From assembly GCA_017440585.1 (NCBI GenBank), contig JAFSGW010000008.1, forward strand, positions 3,976-67,975: a stretch of 64,000 nucleotides of DNA, in the 5' to 3' direction. The position numbers were made by a program, and so were the translations under genes. Each line of letters opens with the position of its first letter. Positions within the stretch are counted from its first letter, which is position 1. Source of the stretch: Clostridia bacterium (GTDB taxonomy: Bacteria; Bacillota; Clostridia; UMGS1883). Of the stretch, positions 34,654 through 45,032 are shown one piece after another. The notes below the pieces were generated by a model, which was given only the letters and a program-made list of their open reading frames with translations, was not told where the DNA came from and did no database searches.

Positions 34654-35657
34654 ATGCTGATATCCCCTTTCATGGCATTTGTCCCGTAGCGGAGGGCAAG
34701 GGAAGATATTTCACCTTCGGAATGGGCGGTTACGTAGTCGGAAAAAAGCTTGTAAAGCATAGAAGTGGTAATGCTTGTGTCGAAATTTGTGTTATCTGTT
34801 ACCGAAGAAGAGAAAAACTTTTGGGAAATAAAGCCTTCTATTGCGGAAGCATTGGGTGTGAAGCCTTCACGTGGAGTGCCCGTGAGGGTGAATTTGTAAA
34901 TCCCGTCGGGGAAGGCTGCCATAAGTGCATCGGCTATTTCCGCCGAGGAATAATAGGGGGAAACGTCGAAGCTTTCCTTTGAATAAACAAGGGAAGAGGA
35001 AGGGATAAAGTTGTAGGTGCGAGATGAAGTGTCCCCATAAATAAAGCCTTTTATGCCCGTTTCATCGAAGCCTGAGCCGTCGTGACAGCCGGGATAGCGG
35101 ATGTTTTTGTATTCAAAAAACTCATGGATGTGACCAAGGGCGATGTAATCGTAGCCCAGAGAGGAAAGATAATCCTTATCCATGCTGTTGTAGTCACTTT
35201 TTGTGAAAATGTCACCATGAAGGAGAAGAATGGAGAAGGAATTGCCCGAGGGTGCGGGGATAAGACCTGAAAAGCACCCGGAAGGGGAGGCGAAGGAGGC
35301 GCCGGTAATAAGGCAGTCCTTTACCGCCACGGTTTCAAAGCTTTCGGGGAAAATGTGAACATTTCCCGGGAAATCGAAGCTTTCTTTCAGATAATCGTGA
35401 TTGCCAAGGGCTATGAAAACAGGAATGTCCGAAAGCCTTGAAAACTCCTTCTTTACAAATTCCACCACAGAACGGGGCGGATTGGGGGAGTCGAAAAGGT
35501 CGCCCGAGATTAAAAGTGCATCGGCACTTTTGATAGTATAATCTATTATTTTTGAAAAGGATGCCAGACGCATGTCCCGTCTTATCTGTGCCTTTTGGGG
35601 CGGGATGGATGCTATGGGAGAGTCGAGATGATTGTCGGCAGTGTGTACAAATCGCAT
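34650..35657 (-). CDS. SbcD/Mre11-like metallophosphoesterase (DNA repair exonuclease)
   Basis: MRFVHTADNHL, GDLFD, GNHD and GHIHE metallophosphatase motifs. Start at the internal ATG 35657 with RBS GGAAAGGA. Confidence 0.8.
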   Translation of the reverse strand: MRFVHTADNHLDSPIASIPPQKAQIRRDMRLASFSKIIDYTIKSADALLISGDLFDSPNPPRSVVEFVKKEFSRLSDIPVFIALGNHDYLKESFDFPGNVHIFPESFETVAVKDCLITGASFASPSGCFSGLIPAPSGNSFSILLLHGDIFTKSDYNSMDKDYLSSLGYDYIALGHIHEFFEYKNIRYPGCHDGSGFDETGIKGFIYGDTSSRTYNFIPSSSLVYSKESFDVSPYYSSAEIADALMAAFPDGIYKFTLTGTPREGFTPNASAIEGFISQKFFSSSVTDNTNFDTSITTSMLYKLFSDYVTAHSEGEISSLALRYGTNAMKGDISI

Positions 35658-35935
35658 AAATTTATGTCCTTTCCGTAAAAAACTGACAGAGTTTCTTCCT
35701 ATTATATATGTACTGTCTGAAAGAGAGTACATATAAATGATATCATAACATAGTGCCTGTGTCAAAGCTTTGGTTAATCCGTTGTAAAAATTTTACTGAA
35801 CGGAAAAAAGTTTTAGTAAAATTGTTTAAAAAATTTTAAAAATATTAGGCAAAAGTTATAAAAAACTCTTGAAGTTTATTGAAAATTTGTGTATAATGAA
35901 AGAAGTAATAATATAGTAGGGGGTAGTGCGTGGTT

Positions 35936-37951
35936 ATGAAAATAAAATGCAAGCCTTTAATTGCGGCACTTATCGGTGTTGCTATGGTTATTCCGCTTCT
36001 GGGAGGCTGTGCAAACAACGGTAAAAAAGACGATGGCGTTTTAAAAACAATACGAATAGGTACTCATGCTCAAAGTGAAGACGATCCTTATATGATTGAT
36101 GCCATCACCGGTGAGCAGAATCCCGGCATGAATGCCGACAAGAAGAAAGCTTCTATCACGGCTCTTGAAAAGGTTAAGGAAGAGCTTGGAGTTGAAATTC
36201 AGTTCCTTCAGTATTCCAGTGACTTAAAGCAGCTTCTTCTGCAGACGGTTCTTGCTGGCGATCCTTACTGTGAGCTTGCTGTTCTCTGGGGCGGTGTGCA
36301 GGGTACAATCCTTTCACAGAACGTTCTTCAGCCTCTTGATGATTATGCTTACATATTCCATGATGACCCCGACGGTGCATGGATTCTTCCGCAGAAAACC
36401 TTCGGTGCATATTATCTTATGAACAGAGACCTTCTGTTTTCTAACACATGGCCGATATGCTATAACATAACAATGATTGAAGCTGTTCCTTCCTTAAAGG
36501 ATGCAAACGGCAGAACAATTTATCCTTCGGACCTTTACTACTCCGGTGAGTGGACCTGGTCAAGGTTCAAGGATTACCTTACAAAAATCAAACAGTATTA
36601 TTCAGGTAAGAAGGCGGCCTCCGGTGCGGATATTGTAGCTTGTAATACAAACTTCACATTCTTCGGTCTCTTTGCTCTCCACTCTGTGGGTACGGGCGTT
36701 TATGACGGCGGTGCAATGAGCTTTGATACTGATGCGGCAATTGAAGCTTGTGAATATGTTGACCAGCTTATAACGGCAGACGTTGTGTCCTGCTCAAGTG
36801 CACAGAGAGGTGTGAAGGCTGACTCCGGTTGGCTTACAGGTACGGAAGCTTTCCTCCGTGGTGAAACAGTTTTCACAAACTGTGCACGTTGGAGAATGGA
36901 TGATGCTTCCACAGCACTTACTACACGTGGTGAGTCAATGGGTGTAATTCCCTTCCCTTATCCCGACGGGACAAACCCCCATACTGATGAAAATTCAAAG
37001 TATCGTCATGTAACTCCTATGGCTGACTCTGTTGGTCTTATGAGAGGTACAGATAAAGAAACAAGTATTCTTGCTCTTGAAGCTTACAAGATGTACAAGG
37101 TTGAGTTCTACAAGGCTTATGCTCAGGTTGATTCTATTGCTCAGTACATGGAAGAGAGAGCAAGTGCCGACGCGCTTACCTTCGGTGTTGATATCTTCCA
37201 CCCCGAGGTTGGTGAGCAGAACCTGGCAATCTGGCAGGAGTTTGGCGCAGAACCGGCTAATGAATATTCCGAAGCCTGCGACGTAATGTGGGGCTGGAGT
37301 GATATATTAGGCAGATCCATTTATGGCGTAAACGGTTATGCAAAATACAGAACAGCAGTTCAGGCAAACAAGCAGGAAATTTACAAGAAGCTTGAAACTA
37401 TTGGTGAGGCACTTAACTCCGACGGTGCTGTGGATGCGGTTGCTCCTTCCTTATCTTCAAAGAAGACAATTGCTCTTTGCGAGGGTACTGACCCTGCAAA
37501 GGTTGATTGGAGTGAATACATCGGCGCAAGCGATAACGCTGACGGAGAGTATGAAATTGACAGAGTGACGTTTGACTTCTCAGAGGTTGACTTCAACACT
37601 GTCGGAACATATAAGGACTTGCTTAAGGCAAGTGTTCAGGACAACGGCGGCAACACAGGTTCAAGAAACTTCACTGTTCTTGTTTACAGAAAGGATAACC
37701 AGGAGGCACCTTCACTGGTAGCCAAGGAGGTTGTTCCTGAGGTGGACAGAAACAAGGATGTTTCCACAATCAAGTGGAGCGACTACGTTGAAATGGCACA
37801 GGATGCCGACGGAATTGATATTTCGGGTAACATTTCTGCCGATACGGGCTGGCTGGATGTAACCGAAGCCGGTGAATATCCTGTTGACCTTGTTGCAACT
37901 GACTATGTTGGCAATAAGGCAGAAGTTACTATTACGGTTAAGGTAAAATAA
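35936..37951 (+). CDS. extracellular solute-binding lipoprotein (ABC SBP family 1) with C-terminal Ig-like (DUF5011-type) extension
   Basis: Lipobox LLGGCA, SBP-like core and a C-terminal ~120-aa Ig-like region (DISGNISADTGWLDVTEAGEYPVDLVATDYVGNKAEVTITVKV). A paralog starts at 63574. Confidence 0.7.
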   Translation: MKIKCKPLIAALIGVAMVIPLLGGCANNGKKDDGVLKTIRIGTHAQSEDDPYMIDAITGEQNPGMNADKKKASITALEKVKEELGVEIQFLQYSSDLKQLLLQTVLAGDPYCELAVLWGGVQGTILSQNVLQPLDDYAYIFHDDPDGAWILPQKTFGAYYLMNRDLLFSNTWPICYNITMIEAVPSLKDANGRTIYPSDLYYSGEWTWSRFKDYLTKIKQYYSGKKAASGADIVACNTNFTFFGLFALHSVGTGVYDGGAMSFDTDAAIEACEYVDQLITADVVSCSSAQRGVKADSGWLTGTEAFLRGETVFTNCARWRMDDASTALTTRGESMGVIPFPYPDGTNPHTDENSKYRHVTPMADSVGLMRGTDKETSILALEAYKMYKVEFYKAYAQVDSIAQYMEERASADALTFGVDIFHPEVGEQNLAIWQEFGAEPANEYSEACDVMWGWSDILGRSIYGVNGYAKYRTAVQANKQEIYKKLETIGEALNSDGAVDAVAPSLSSKKTIALCEGTDPAKVDWSEYIGASDNADGEYEIDRVTFDFSEVDFNTVGTYKDLLKASVQDNGGNTGSRNFTVLVYRKDNQEAPSLVAKEVVPEVDRNKDVSTIKWSDYVEMAQDADGIDISGNISADTGWLDVTEAGEYPVDLVATDYVGNKAEVTITVKVK

Positions 37952-37974
37952 TGAAACGGAGGGATAAATAAAAA

Positions 37975-40900
37975 ATGGCAACTCAGGTAAAGAAACAAAA
38001 GAAAACCAATGTCAAACTGATTGTTCTTGCATCAGTTCTGGCGGTATGTTTAATCCTTGTGGGCCTTGCCTTCGTACTTCCCGGTAACAGTGATACAACT
38101 GCTAACGCGGGTGTGCAGGGCGAATTTGTGGATTCTTCCTACGCTGAATATCTTGAAAGCGTTGGATACGATTCCGAAAGTGTAATTTCATCCGAAGTAG
38201 TAGTTGTAGATGTTACAAACTTCTCTACTCCTGCTGACGTTGAAGAGATTGAGGTTGTTGAAGAAGCAACAGACAACATTGAAGCAGTGGCTGAAGAAGC
38301 TGTGGAAACTATCACAGTTGACGAAAGCGTTGCTAAAGTTGTTGACGGCGGCGTAGCTATCAGCGAACGCGGAAATGTCACATGGGCATTTACAGTTCCT
38401 TCTGAAGGCTACTACAACCTTAAGTTTACTTACACATCTATTGATGGTACAACATCCAATCCTCAGAGAACTCTTCTTATCGACGGCGAGCAGCTCTTCG
38501 ACGGCATGCGCCAGGTTGACTTTAAGAGAATCTGGGACAACGGTGAAATCACATCAAAGGGCGGCGACGAAATCCGTCCCACAGCAACAGAAGTGTTTGA
38601 AACTGTTGAAATGTTTGTATCTGATACAAACATGAGAACACTTACTCCTTATGTGTTCTACCTTTCTGCAGGCGAACACACACTCACACTTGAAGAAAAC
38701 CGTGAGCCCGTACAGATTAATGCTATCAGCTTTGAAAAGGCTCCCGTAGAACCCACATATGCTGAGTACCTTGCTCTTCATGCAGATGCACCTACATATG
38801 CAGGTGAAAACATGGTTATGCAGGCTGAAAGATACGAAGGCGGCACAAAGAAGATTACAAAGTCTTCTCCCTCCATCGGTGTATCTACAGACTACTCCAG
38901 CTCCTACACAGTTCCTTATCACCACTGGAATCAGCTCCTTAACATTGTGGGCGGTTCCAACTGGGCAACAGCAGGTCAGTCCGTAACATGGACTATCGAA
39001 GTTCCCGAAGCAGGCTTCTATCAGATTGCACCCCGTGCAAGACAGAACGTTAACCGTGGTGTAAAGAGCTTCAGAAGAGTTAAGATTAACGGTGAGGTTC
39101 CTTTCAAGGAAGCAAACAAGATCGGTTTTGACTATGCAACAAGCTTTGAAAACTATGTTCTTTCCGATGCTGAAGGAAACACACTTCTCTTCTATCTTGA
39201 TGCAGGTGAAAACACAATCACTATGGACGTTGTTCTCGGTGACTTTGCAAATGCTCTCTCTTCTGTAGAAGAAAGCGTGCTCGAGCTTAACAACATGTAC
39301 CGTAAGGTTGTACAGATTACAGGTGTTGTTCCCGATACATATATCGACTACGAAATCGCTACAAAGGTTGTAGGCTTTGAGGAAGAAATGGAAGCACAGG
39401 CTGAAATTCTTTACGGCGTAGTTGACGAGCTTGTGGCAATCACAGGCGAAAAGGGCTCCGGTACTATTCAGATTGAAAAGGTTGCTCGTCAGTGTGCTCA
39501 GTTTGCTGAAGAACCCGACGATGTAGTTGCTGAAATTTCTGACTTCAAGAGTAACATTTCTGCTCTTGGTACATGGATGCTTGAAATTTCTTCAATGCCT
39601 CTTGAAATTGACTCATTTACAGTATCTGCTCCCGGTGCAGAACTTAAGAATGCTGAACCCAATGCACTTATTGCAGCAGCTAACGAAGCTATCAGATTCT
39701 TTGCAACATTCGTTGTAGACGATACACAGATCGCTTCCGACACTGAAGTTACAAGCGATGCTGTTAAGGTTTGGATTGCTACAGGTCGTGACCAGGCTCA
39801 GATTATCCGTAACCTTGTTGACGGTAGCTACTCTCCTGCTCATGAAAAGAGTATCGACCTTCAGCTTATCCCCGGTGGCGTTCTTCTTCCTGCTACACTT
39901 GCAGGTAACGGCCCCGACATTTCCCTTTCAAACGGTCAGGCAAGCGTTGTTGACTTTGCAGTTCGTGGTGCTCTTGCAGACCTTAAGCAGTTCGATGACT
40001 TTGATGCTATAGCAGCTCAGTTCGAAGAAAGTGCTATCAGAACAGCAAGCTATGACGGCGGTGTATACGGTCTTCCCGAAACACAGTCCTTCAGCGTATT
40101 GTTCTACCGCAGCGATATTCTTGAAGAGCTTGAACTTGAAGTACCCACAACATGGGACGAAGTAGAGGATGCTATCAACGTTCTTCATATTAATAACTAC
40201 GATTTCTACATTCCTACATCTGCTCTTTACTCCACACTGGTATTCCAGTATGGTGGTGACCTTTATCACGGTGCTGCAGGCACAGTTGATGAAAACGGTT
40301 ATGAGTATGCGTTAGATGGCAGTGACTACGGTATCAGAAGTGGTCTTCGTGATGAACCTGCAATGCTTGCATTCCAGAAGCTTACAGAATTCTTCACAAC
40401 ATATGCACTTCCTGTTTCCGCAGACTTCTCCAACCGTTTCAGAACAGGTGAAATTCCGATTGGTGTAGCTGACTATACACTCTTCAATACATTGGAAATC
40501 TTCGCTCCCGAAATTAAGGGTCTCTGGAACTTCGCACCCCTTCCCGGATACGTTGATCCCGTTACAGGTGAAGTTAACAATGTAGCAGTATCAGGTTCTT
40601 CTCATACAATTATGATGGAATCCTCCAAGAAGAAGGATGACGCCTGGGAATTCCTCAAGTGGTGGCTTGAAGAAGATACACAGGTACAGTATGGTAACAC
40701 ACTTGAAGCTATCCTTGGTAGTGGTGCAAGATATGCAACTGCTAACACAAAGGTACTTACACAGTTGCCCTGGGCAACAAGTCAGTCTGACGTAATCTTA
40801 GAGCAGTTTGGCAACACAATCGGTGTTCCCGATGTTCCCGGTTACTACATGACAGGCCGTGAAATTGACTACGCTTTCAAGGGCGTTGTTACAGACGGTC

Positions 40901-41019
40901 AGAACCCCAGAGAAGCTCTTTATCTTAACGTTAAGGAAATCAACGATGAACTTACAAACAAGCGTGAAGAGTTTGACTTAACAATTTACAACGAGGAGGG
41001 TGAAGTGGTAAATGAGTAA
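37975..41019 (+). CDS. TM-anchored extracellular protein: two carbohydrate-binding-module-like repeats fused to an ABC SBP (family 1) domain
   Basis: N-terminal signal anchor. Repeated beta-sandwich-like units (VTWAFTVPSEGYYNLKFTY... and VTWTIEVPEAGFYQIAPRA...). C-terminal ~430 aa is SBP-like. Followed by two permease genes. Confidence 0.65.
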   Translation: MATQVKKQKKTNVKLIVLASVLAVCLILVGLAFVLPGNSDTTANAGVQGEFVDSSYAEYLESVGYDSESVISSEVVVVDVTNFSTPADVEEIEVVEEATDNIEAVAEEAVETITVDESVAKVVDGGVAISERGNVTWAFTVPSEGYYNLKFTYTSIDGTTSNPQRTLLIDGEQLFDGMRQVDFKRIWDNGEITSKGGDEIRPTATEVFETVEMFVSDTNMRTLTPYVFYLSAGEHTLTLEENREPVQINAISFEKAPVEPTYAEYLALHADAPTYAGENMVMQAERYEGGTKKITKSSPSIGVSTDYSSSYTVPYHHWNQLLNIVGGSNWATAGQSVTWTIEVPEAGFYQIAPRARQNVNRGVKSFRRVKINGEVPFKEANKIGFDYATSFENYVLSDAEGNTLLFYLDAGENTITMDVVLGDFANALSSVEESVLELNNMYRKVVQITGVVPDTYIDYEIATKVVGFEEEMEAQAEILYGVVDELVAITGEKGSGTIQIEKVARQCAQFAEEPDDVVAEISDFKSNISALGTWMLEISSMPLEIDSFTVSAPGAELKNAEPNALIAAANEAIRFFATFVVDDTQIASDTEVTSDAVKVWIATGRDQAQIIRNLVDGSYSPAHEKSIDLQLIPGGVLLPATLAGNGPDISLSNGQASVVDFAVRGALADLKQFDDFDAIAAQFEESAIRTASYDGGVYGLPETQSFSVLFYRSDILEELELEVPTTWDEVEDAINVLHINNYDFYIPTSALYSTLVFQYGGDLYHGAAGTVDENGYEYALDGSDYGIRSGLRDEPAMLAFQKLTEFFTTYALPVSADFSNRFRTGEIPIGVADYTLFNTLEIFAPEIKGLWNFAPLPGYVDPVTGEVNNVAVSGSSHTIMMESSKKKDDAWEFLKWWLEEDTQVQYGNTLEAILGSGARYATANTKVLTQLPWATSQSDVILEQFGNTIGVPDVPGYYMTGREIDYAFKGVVTDGQNPREALYLNVKEINDELTNKREEFDLTIYNEEGEVVNE

Positions 41020-41962
41020 GCAGAAAGTAGAAAAAGTTCAGCCCGAACAGAAGAGAAGAAAGCTTCAGTCCATGGAATGGAAGAACGCCTGGAAGCTTCA
41101 CAAGGAAAAGTACATTCTTGTATTACCCTTTGCTCTTATCTTCCTTCTCTTTACGGCTCTTCCCGTTGCAGTGTCAATGGTATTGAGTTTCACAAACTTC
41201 AACATGCTTCAGGTTCCCGATTTTATCGCTCTTGAAAACTACATTAACCTTATAGTTTTCGACGATATCTTCCTTATAGCTGTTAAGAACACATTGTTCT
41301 TCGCTATAGTAACAGGTCCTGTCAGCTATCTTATGTGCTTTGTATTTGCGTGGATTATCAACGAACTTCCGCCCAAAGTAAGAGCAGTCATGGTGTGTGT
41401 ATTCTACGCACCCTCTATCTCCGGTAACGCTTTCGTTATCTGGAAGCTCCTCTTCTCAAGTGATATGTACGGTTACATAAACGCTTATCTTTTGAAGTGG
41501 AACATTATTTCAAGCCCCATTCTCTGGTTTGAAACAGCAGAATATATTATGCCTATCCTTATCATTGTACAGCTCTGGCTCTCTCTTGGTGTCGGCTTCC
41601 TGTCTTTCGTTGCAGGTTTGCAGTCCCAGGATATGGCTCTTTATGAAGCAGGTGCAATCGATGGTATCAAGAACCGTTGGCAGGAACTTTGGTATATCAC
41701 ACTTCCTTCCATGAAGCCTCAGCTCATGTTCGGTGCCGTAATGCAGATCACATCTTCTTTCGGTGTTGCAGGTATCGCAGATGCTCTCGTTGGTTTCCCC
41801 TCGGTTGATTACGCAGGTCACTTCATTTTGAACCACTTGAATGACTACGGCGGACTTCGTTATGAAATGGGTTATGCTTCTGCAATCGCAGTTATCCTCT
41901 TCTTCGTAATGATCTTTGCTAACATTCTCGTTCAGAAGGTACTCAGAAAGGTGGGTTCGTAA
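41012..41962 (+). CDS. sugar ABC transporter permease
   Basis: TM-rich with EAA loop YEAGAIDGIKNRWQELWYITLP. ATGAGTAA overlap with the upstream gene. Confidence 0.85.
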   Translation: MSKQKVEKVQPEQKRRKLQSMEWKNAWKLHKEKYILVLPFALIFLLFTALPVAVSMVLSFTNFNMLQVPDFIALENYINLIVFDDIFLIAVKNTLFFAIVTGPVSYLMCFVFAWIINELPPKVRAVMVCVFYAPSISGNAFVIWKLLFSSDMYGYINAYLLKWNIISSPILWFETAEYIMPILIIVQLWLSLGVGFLSFVAGLQSQDMALYEAGAIDGIKNRWQELWYITLPSMKPQLMFGAVMQITSSFGVAGIADALVGFPSVDYAGHFILNHLNDYGGLRYEMGYASAIAVILFFVMIFANILVQKVLRKVGS

Positions 41963-41966
41963 TAAT

Positions 41967-42896
41967 ATGAAAAAGTTATTTTCTAAAATAGGTGCGGCCC
42001 TTGTAAAGGTACCTCCCTTTAAGCAGATTTCTGCCTGGCTTGCACACAGAAGAATCACAAGAAGAAACCGTTCTCTGGGTGTGGATATCGCACTTACAGT
42101 ATTCCTTGGTTTCTTCGGTATAATCAGTGTACTTCCTCTCTGGCTTATCGTTGTAAACGCTTTCAAGCCTCTTAACGAAGTATTCATGTTCCCCCCGAAG
42201 TTCTATGTGGTTAACCCCACAATGGATAACTTCCTCGATTTGTTCCAGTTAATCGGTAACTCTTGGGTTCCTTTCTCAAGATATATCTTTAACACAGTGT
42301 TCATCACACTTTTGGGTACAATCGGTTCTGTTATTATTGCATCTATGGCAGCTTATCCTCTTGCAAAGTATCAGTTCCCCGGCTCAAAGTTCATGAGCAG
42401 CCTGATCGTATACTCTCTTATGTTCAACGGTTCCGTAACAGGTATCCCCAACTACATTATCATGAGTAAGATCGGTCTTATCGATACATACTGGGCAGTT
42501 GTTCTTCCGGCTATCGGCTCTACAATGGGTCTTTACCTTATGAGAAACAACATGACACATATTCCTACATCGCTTCTTGAATCCTGTAAGATTGACGGTG
42601 CAAGCGAATTCAAGATTTACTGGAAGATTATCATGCCTCTTTCCAAGCCTGCATGGATTACACTTGTTATCCTTTCTTTCCAGAGCTTGTGGGGCACAAC
42701 AGGCGGTACTTATCTTTACACAGAAAAACTGAAGCCCGTTACATATGCACTCAGCCAGATTCTTGCGGCAGGTGTTGTAAGAACAGGTGTATCCAGTGCG
42801 GTAAGCTTGATTATGCTTATTGTTCCCGTAGCGGTATTCGTAATTTCTCAGAGTAACGTTGTTGAAACAATGGCTTCATCCGGTATGAAGGACTAA
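41967..42896 (+). CDS. sugar ABC transporter permease
   Basis: EAA loop LESCKIDGASEFKIYWKIIMP. Start at the internal ATG 41967. Confidence 0.85.
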   Translation: MKKLFSKIGAALVKVPPFKQISAWLAHRRITRRNRSLGVDIALTVFLGFFGIISVLPLWLIVVNAFKPLNEVFMFPPKFYVVNPTMDNFLDLFQLIGNSWVPFSRYIFNTVFITLLGTIGSVIIASMAAYPLAKYQFPGSKFMSSLIVYSLMFNGSVTGIPNYIIMSKIGLIDTYWAVVLPAIGSTMGLYLMRNNMTHIPTSLLESCKIDGASEFKIYWKIIMPLSKPAWITLVILSFQSLWGTTGGTYLYTEKLKPVTYALSQILAAGVVRTGVSSAVSLIMLIVPVAVFVISQSNVVETMASSGMKD

Positions 42897-42909
42897 GGAG
42901 GTGCAGATT

Positions 42910-44394
42910 GTGAAAAAGAGAATTATGACATTTGTTCTGGCTTTGGCTTTTACACTTATCCTTTTTGTGCAAGCTGTACCCGTTATGGCAGAGCATACTA
43001 AGGACGCAAGCTACATTTACGACTTCTGGGGCAATGCAAACCAGAGCCTCTCGGCTTTCCAGCTTGCAACTGTTATCGATGGCAACTCCATGGGTAACGG
43101 TCTTGACCTCAAGAGCGTAAAGGACGTATTCGTTTATAACAACGAAGAAATCTATGTTGTAGACTCTGTTTCAGGCAGAGTAAACGTTTTTGATACAGAG
43201 TTTAACTTCTTAAGCTCTATCAGAATTATCAGAAACGAAGAAGGCAAAATCGTTGTCAGTGAAGAAACTAACAAGCAGATGCTTCTTAACAACCCTGAAG
43301 GTGTTTACGTAACTGATGAATGTATTTACATTGCAGATACAGGTAATGACAGAGTGCTTGTTCTTGAAAGAGACACACATGCACTTGTAAGAGAAATCAC
43401 AAAGCCTGAAACTATGGTTGGTGATTCCCTCTTCAAGCCTTCCAAGATTGCTGTTGACCACTCCGGCAGAATTTTCATCGTGGTACAGAACAGCACAGAA
43501 GGTATTATCGAGCTTAACAGCGACGGTAGCTTCTCCCGTTACTACGGTGTTAACTCTCCCACAGTAAACCTTCTTGACTACTTCTGGAGAAGTATCGCAA
43601 GTGATGAACAGAAGGACACAATGGCTAAGGTTTATGCTCCCGCATTCAGCAACCTCCATGTTGACCAGGAAGGTTTCGTATATGCAGTAACTCTTGATAC
43701 TGCATCCAAGGAAATGGTATTCCGTTTCAACTCCAACGGTGAAAACGTTCTTCGTAAGTTCGGTTATTCCGAACAGATGGGTGACTTGCCCGCTCCTATG
43801 GATGAAGGCTTCTCCATGAGCACATTTACAGACGTTGCAGTAAACGAATTTGGTGTATATGCACTTTTAGATACTGTTAAGAACCGTGTGTTCGTATACA
43901 ACTTCGACGGAAACCTTCTTTCCATCTTTGGTGGTTCAGGCAGCACAAAGGGCACATTCGCACGTCCCACAAGTATTGCATGGATGGGTAACGACCTTAT
44001 CGTAGGTGACGAAAACCTTTCCTCAGTATTCGTATTCAAGACAACAGACTTCGGTGACCTTATTCTTGCGGCTGAAGAAAAGTACTATACAGGTGACTTT
44101 GAAGCTGCGGCAATGCTTTACCAGGATGCTGTTGACATGAATGCAAACTATGACCACGCTTATGTATCCATCGGTAAGAACTTACTTATGCAGGATGAAT
44201 ATGAACAGTCTATGTACTACTTCCGTTTAGGTAACGACAAGACTTATTATTCTACAGCTTTCATGGGCTACAGAAACTTAATCATCCAGAAGTACTTCTT
44301 CCTATTTGCAATAGTTGTTCTTGCATTTATCTGGTGGGTAATCAGTGGCGAAATCAAGTACAATAAGCAGCAGCGTAAGCTTGAAGAACTGTGA
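42910..44394 (+). CDS. secreted NHL-repeat (beta-propeller) protein with C-terminal TPR-like segment and TM anchor
   Basis: Signal peptide. NHL-like repeats (YVTDECIYIADTGNDRVLVLE, IAVDHSGRIFIV, IAWMGNDLIVGD). TPR-like YQDAVDMNANYDHAYVSIGKNL. C-terminal TM FFLFAIVVLAFIWWVI. GTG start 9 nt after AGGAGG. Confidence 0.6.
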   Translation: MKKRIMTFVLALAFTLILFVQAVPVMAEHTKDASYIYDFWGNANQSLSAFQLATVIDGNSMGNGLDLKSVKDVFVYNNEEIYVVDSVSGRVNVFDTEFNFLSSIRIIRNEEGKIVVSEETNKQMLLNNPEGVYVTDECIYIADTGNDRVLVLERDTHALVREITKPETMVGDSLFKPSKIAVDHSGRIFIVVQNSTEGIIELNSDGSFSRYYGVNSPTVNLLDYFWRSIASDEQKDTMAKVYAPAFSNLHVDQEGFVYAVTLDTASKEMVFRFNSNGENVLRKFGYSEQMGDLPAPMDEGFSMSTFTDVAVNEFGVYALLDTVKNRVFVYNFDGNLLSIFGGSGSTKGTFARPTSIAWMGNDLIVGDENLSSVFVFKTTDFGDLILAAEEKYYTGDFEAAAMLYQDAVDMNANYDHAYVSIGKNLLMQDEYEQSMYYFRLGNDKTYYSTAFMGYRNLIIQKYFFLFAIVVLAFIWWVISGEIKYNKQQRKLEEL

Positions 44395-44404
44395 GGTGAG
44401 AGTG

Positions 44405-45028
44405 ATGAAAAAGTTTCTTAAAGATTTTAAATATTTAACTCACGTCATCTTTCATCCTTTCGATGGGTTCTATGAAGTGAGATTCAGAGGAATGGGTAAC
44501 TACGCAATCGTAGCTCTCATATTCCTCCTCAGTGGTCTTTTAAACGTAATCGCATATCAGTATACAGGCTTTATTATGAACAATAATCCTCTCTACGGTA
44601 TGAACTCGGTTACAACCTTCATTTTCGGATTGTTCCCTTATCTTCTGTTTGCAATCAGTAACTGGAGTATGACAGCAATCTTTGAAGGCAGCGGTAAGTT
44701 CTTAGACATTTTAACTGTTCTGGCTTATGCGCTTTTCCCCAAGCTTATTACAGATTTAATTGTAATTATTTTCTCAAACGTTGTTACTGCAGAAGAAGCT
44801 ATGATTCTTACAGCTGTTCAGATGATCGGTCTTGTATGGTTCTGCTTCCTCGTATTCAGCGGTTTGTGCGTAATTCATGAGTATGGTGCAGGCAGAAACC
44901 TTGCTATGATTATTGCAACCTTCGTTGCAGCTATAGTAATTATCTTCCTTGCTACACTTTATGTAACACTTGTTGAGAAGGCTCTTACATTCTTTACAGA
45001 CTTCGCAACAGAATTTGCTAGGAGGTGA
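44405..45028 (+). CDS. Yip1-family integral membrane protein
   Basis: Five TM segments and a Yip1-like pattern. RBS GAGGTGAGAG. Confidence 0.6.
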   Translation: MKKFLKDFKYLTHVIFHPFDGFYEVRFRGMGNYAIVALIFLLSGLLNVIAYQYTGFIMNNNPLYGMNSVTTFIFGLFPYLLFAISNWSMTAIFEGSGKFLDILTVLAYALFPKLITDLIVIIFSNVVTAEEAMILTAVQMIGLVWFCFLVFSGLCVIHEYGAGRNLAMIIATFVAAIVIIFLATLYVTLVEKALTFFTDFATEFARR

Positions 45029-45032
45029 TGAT

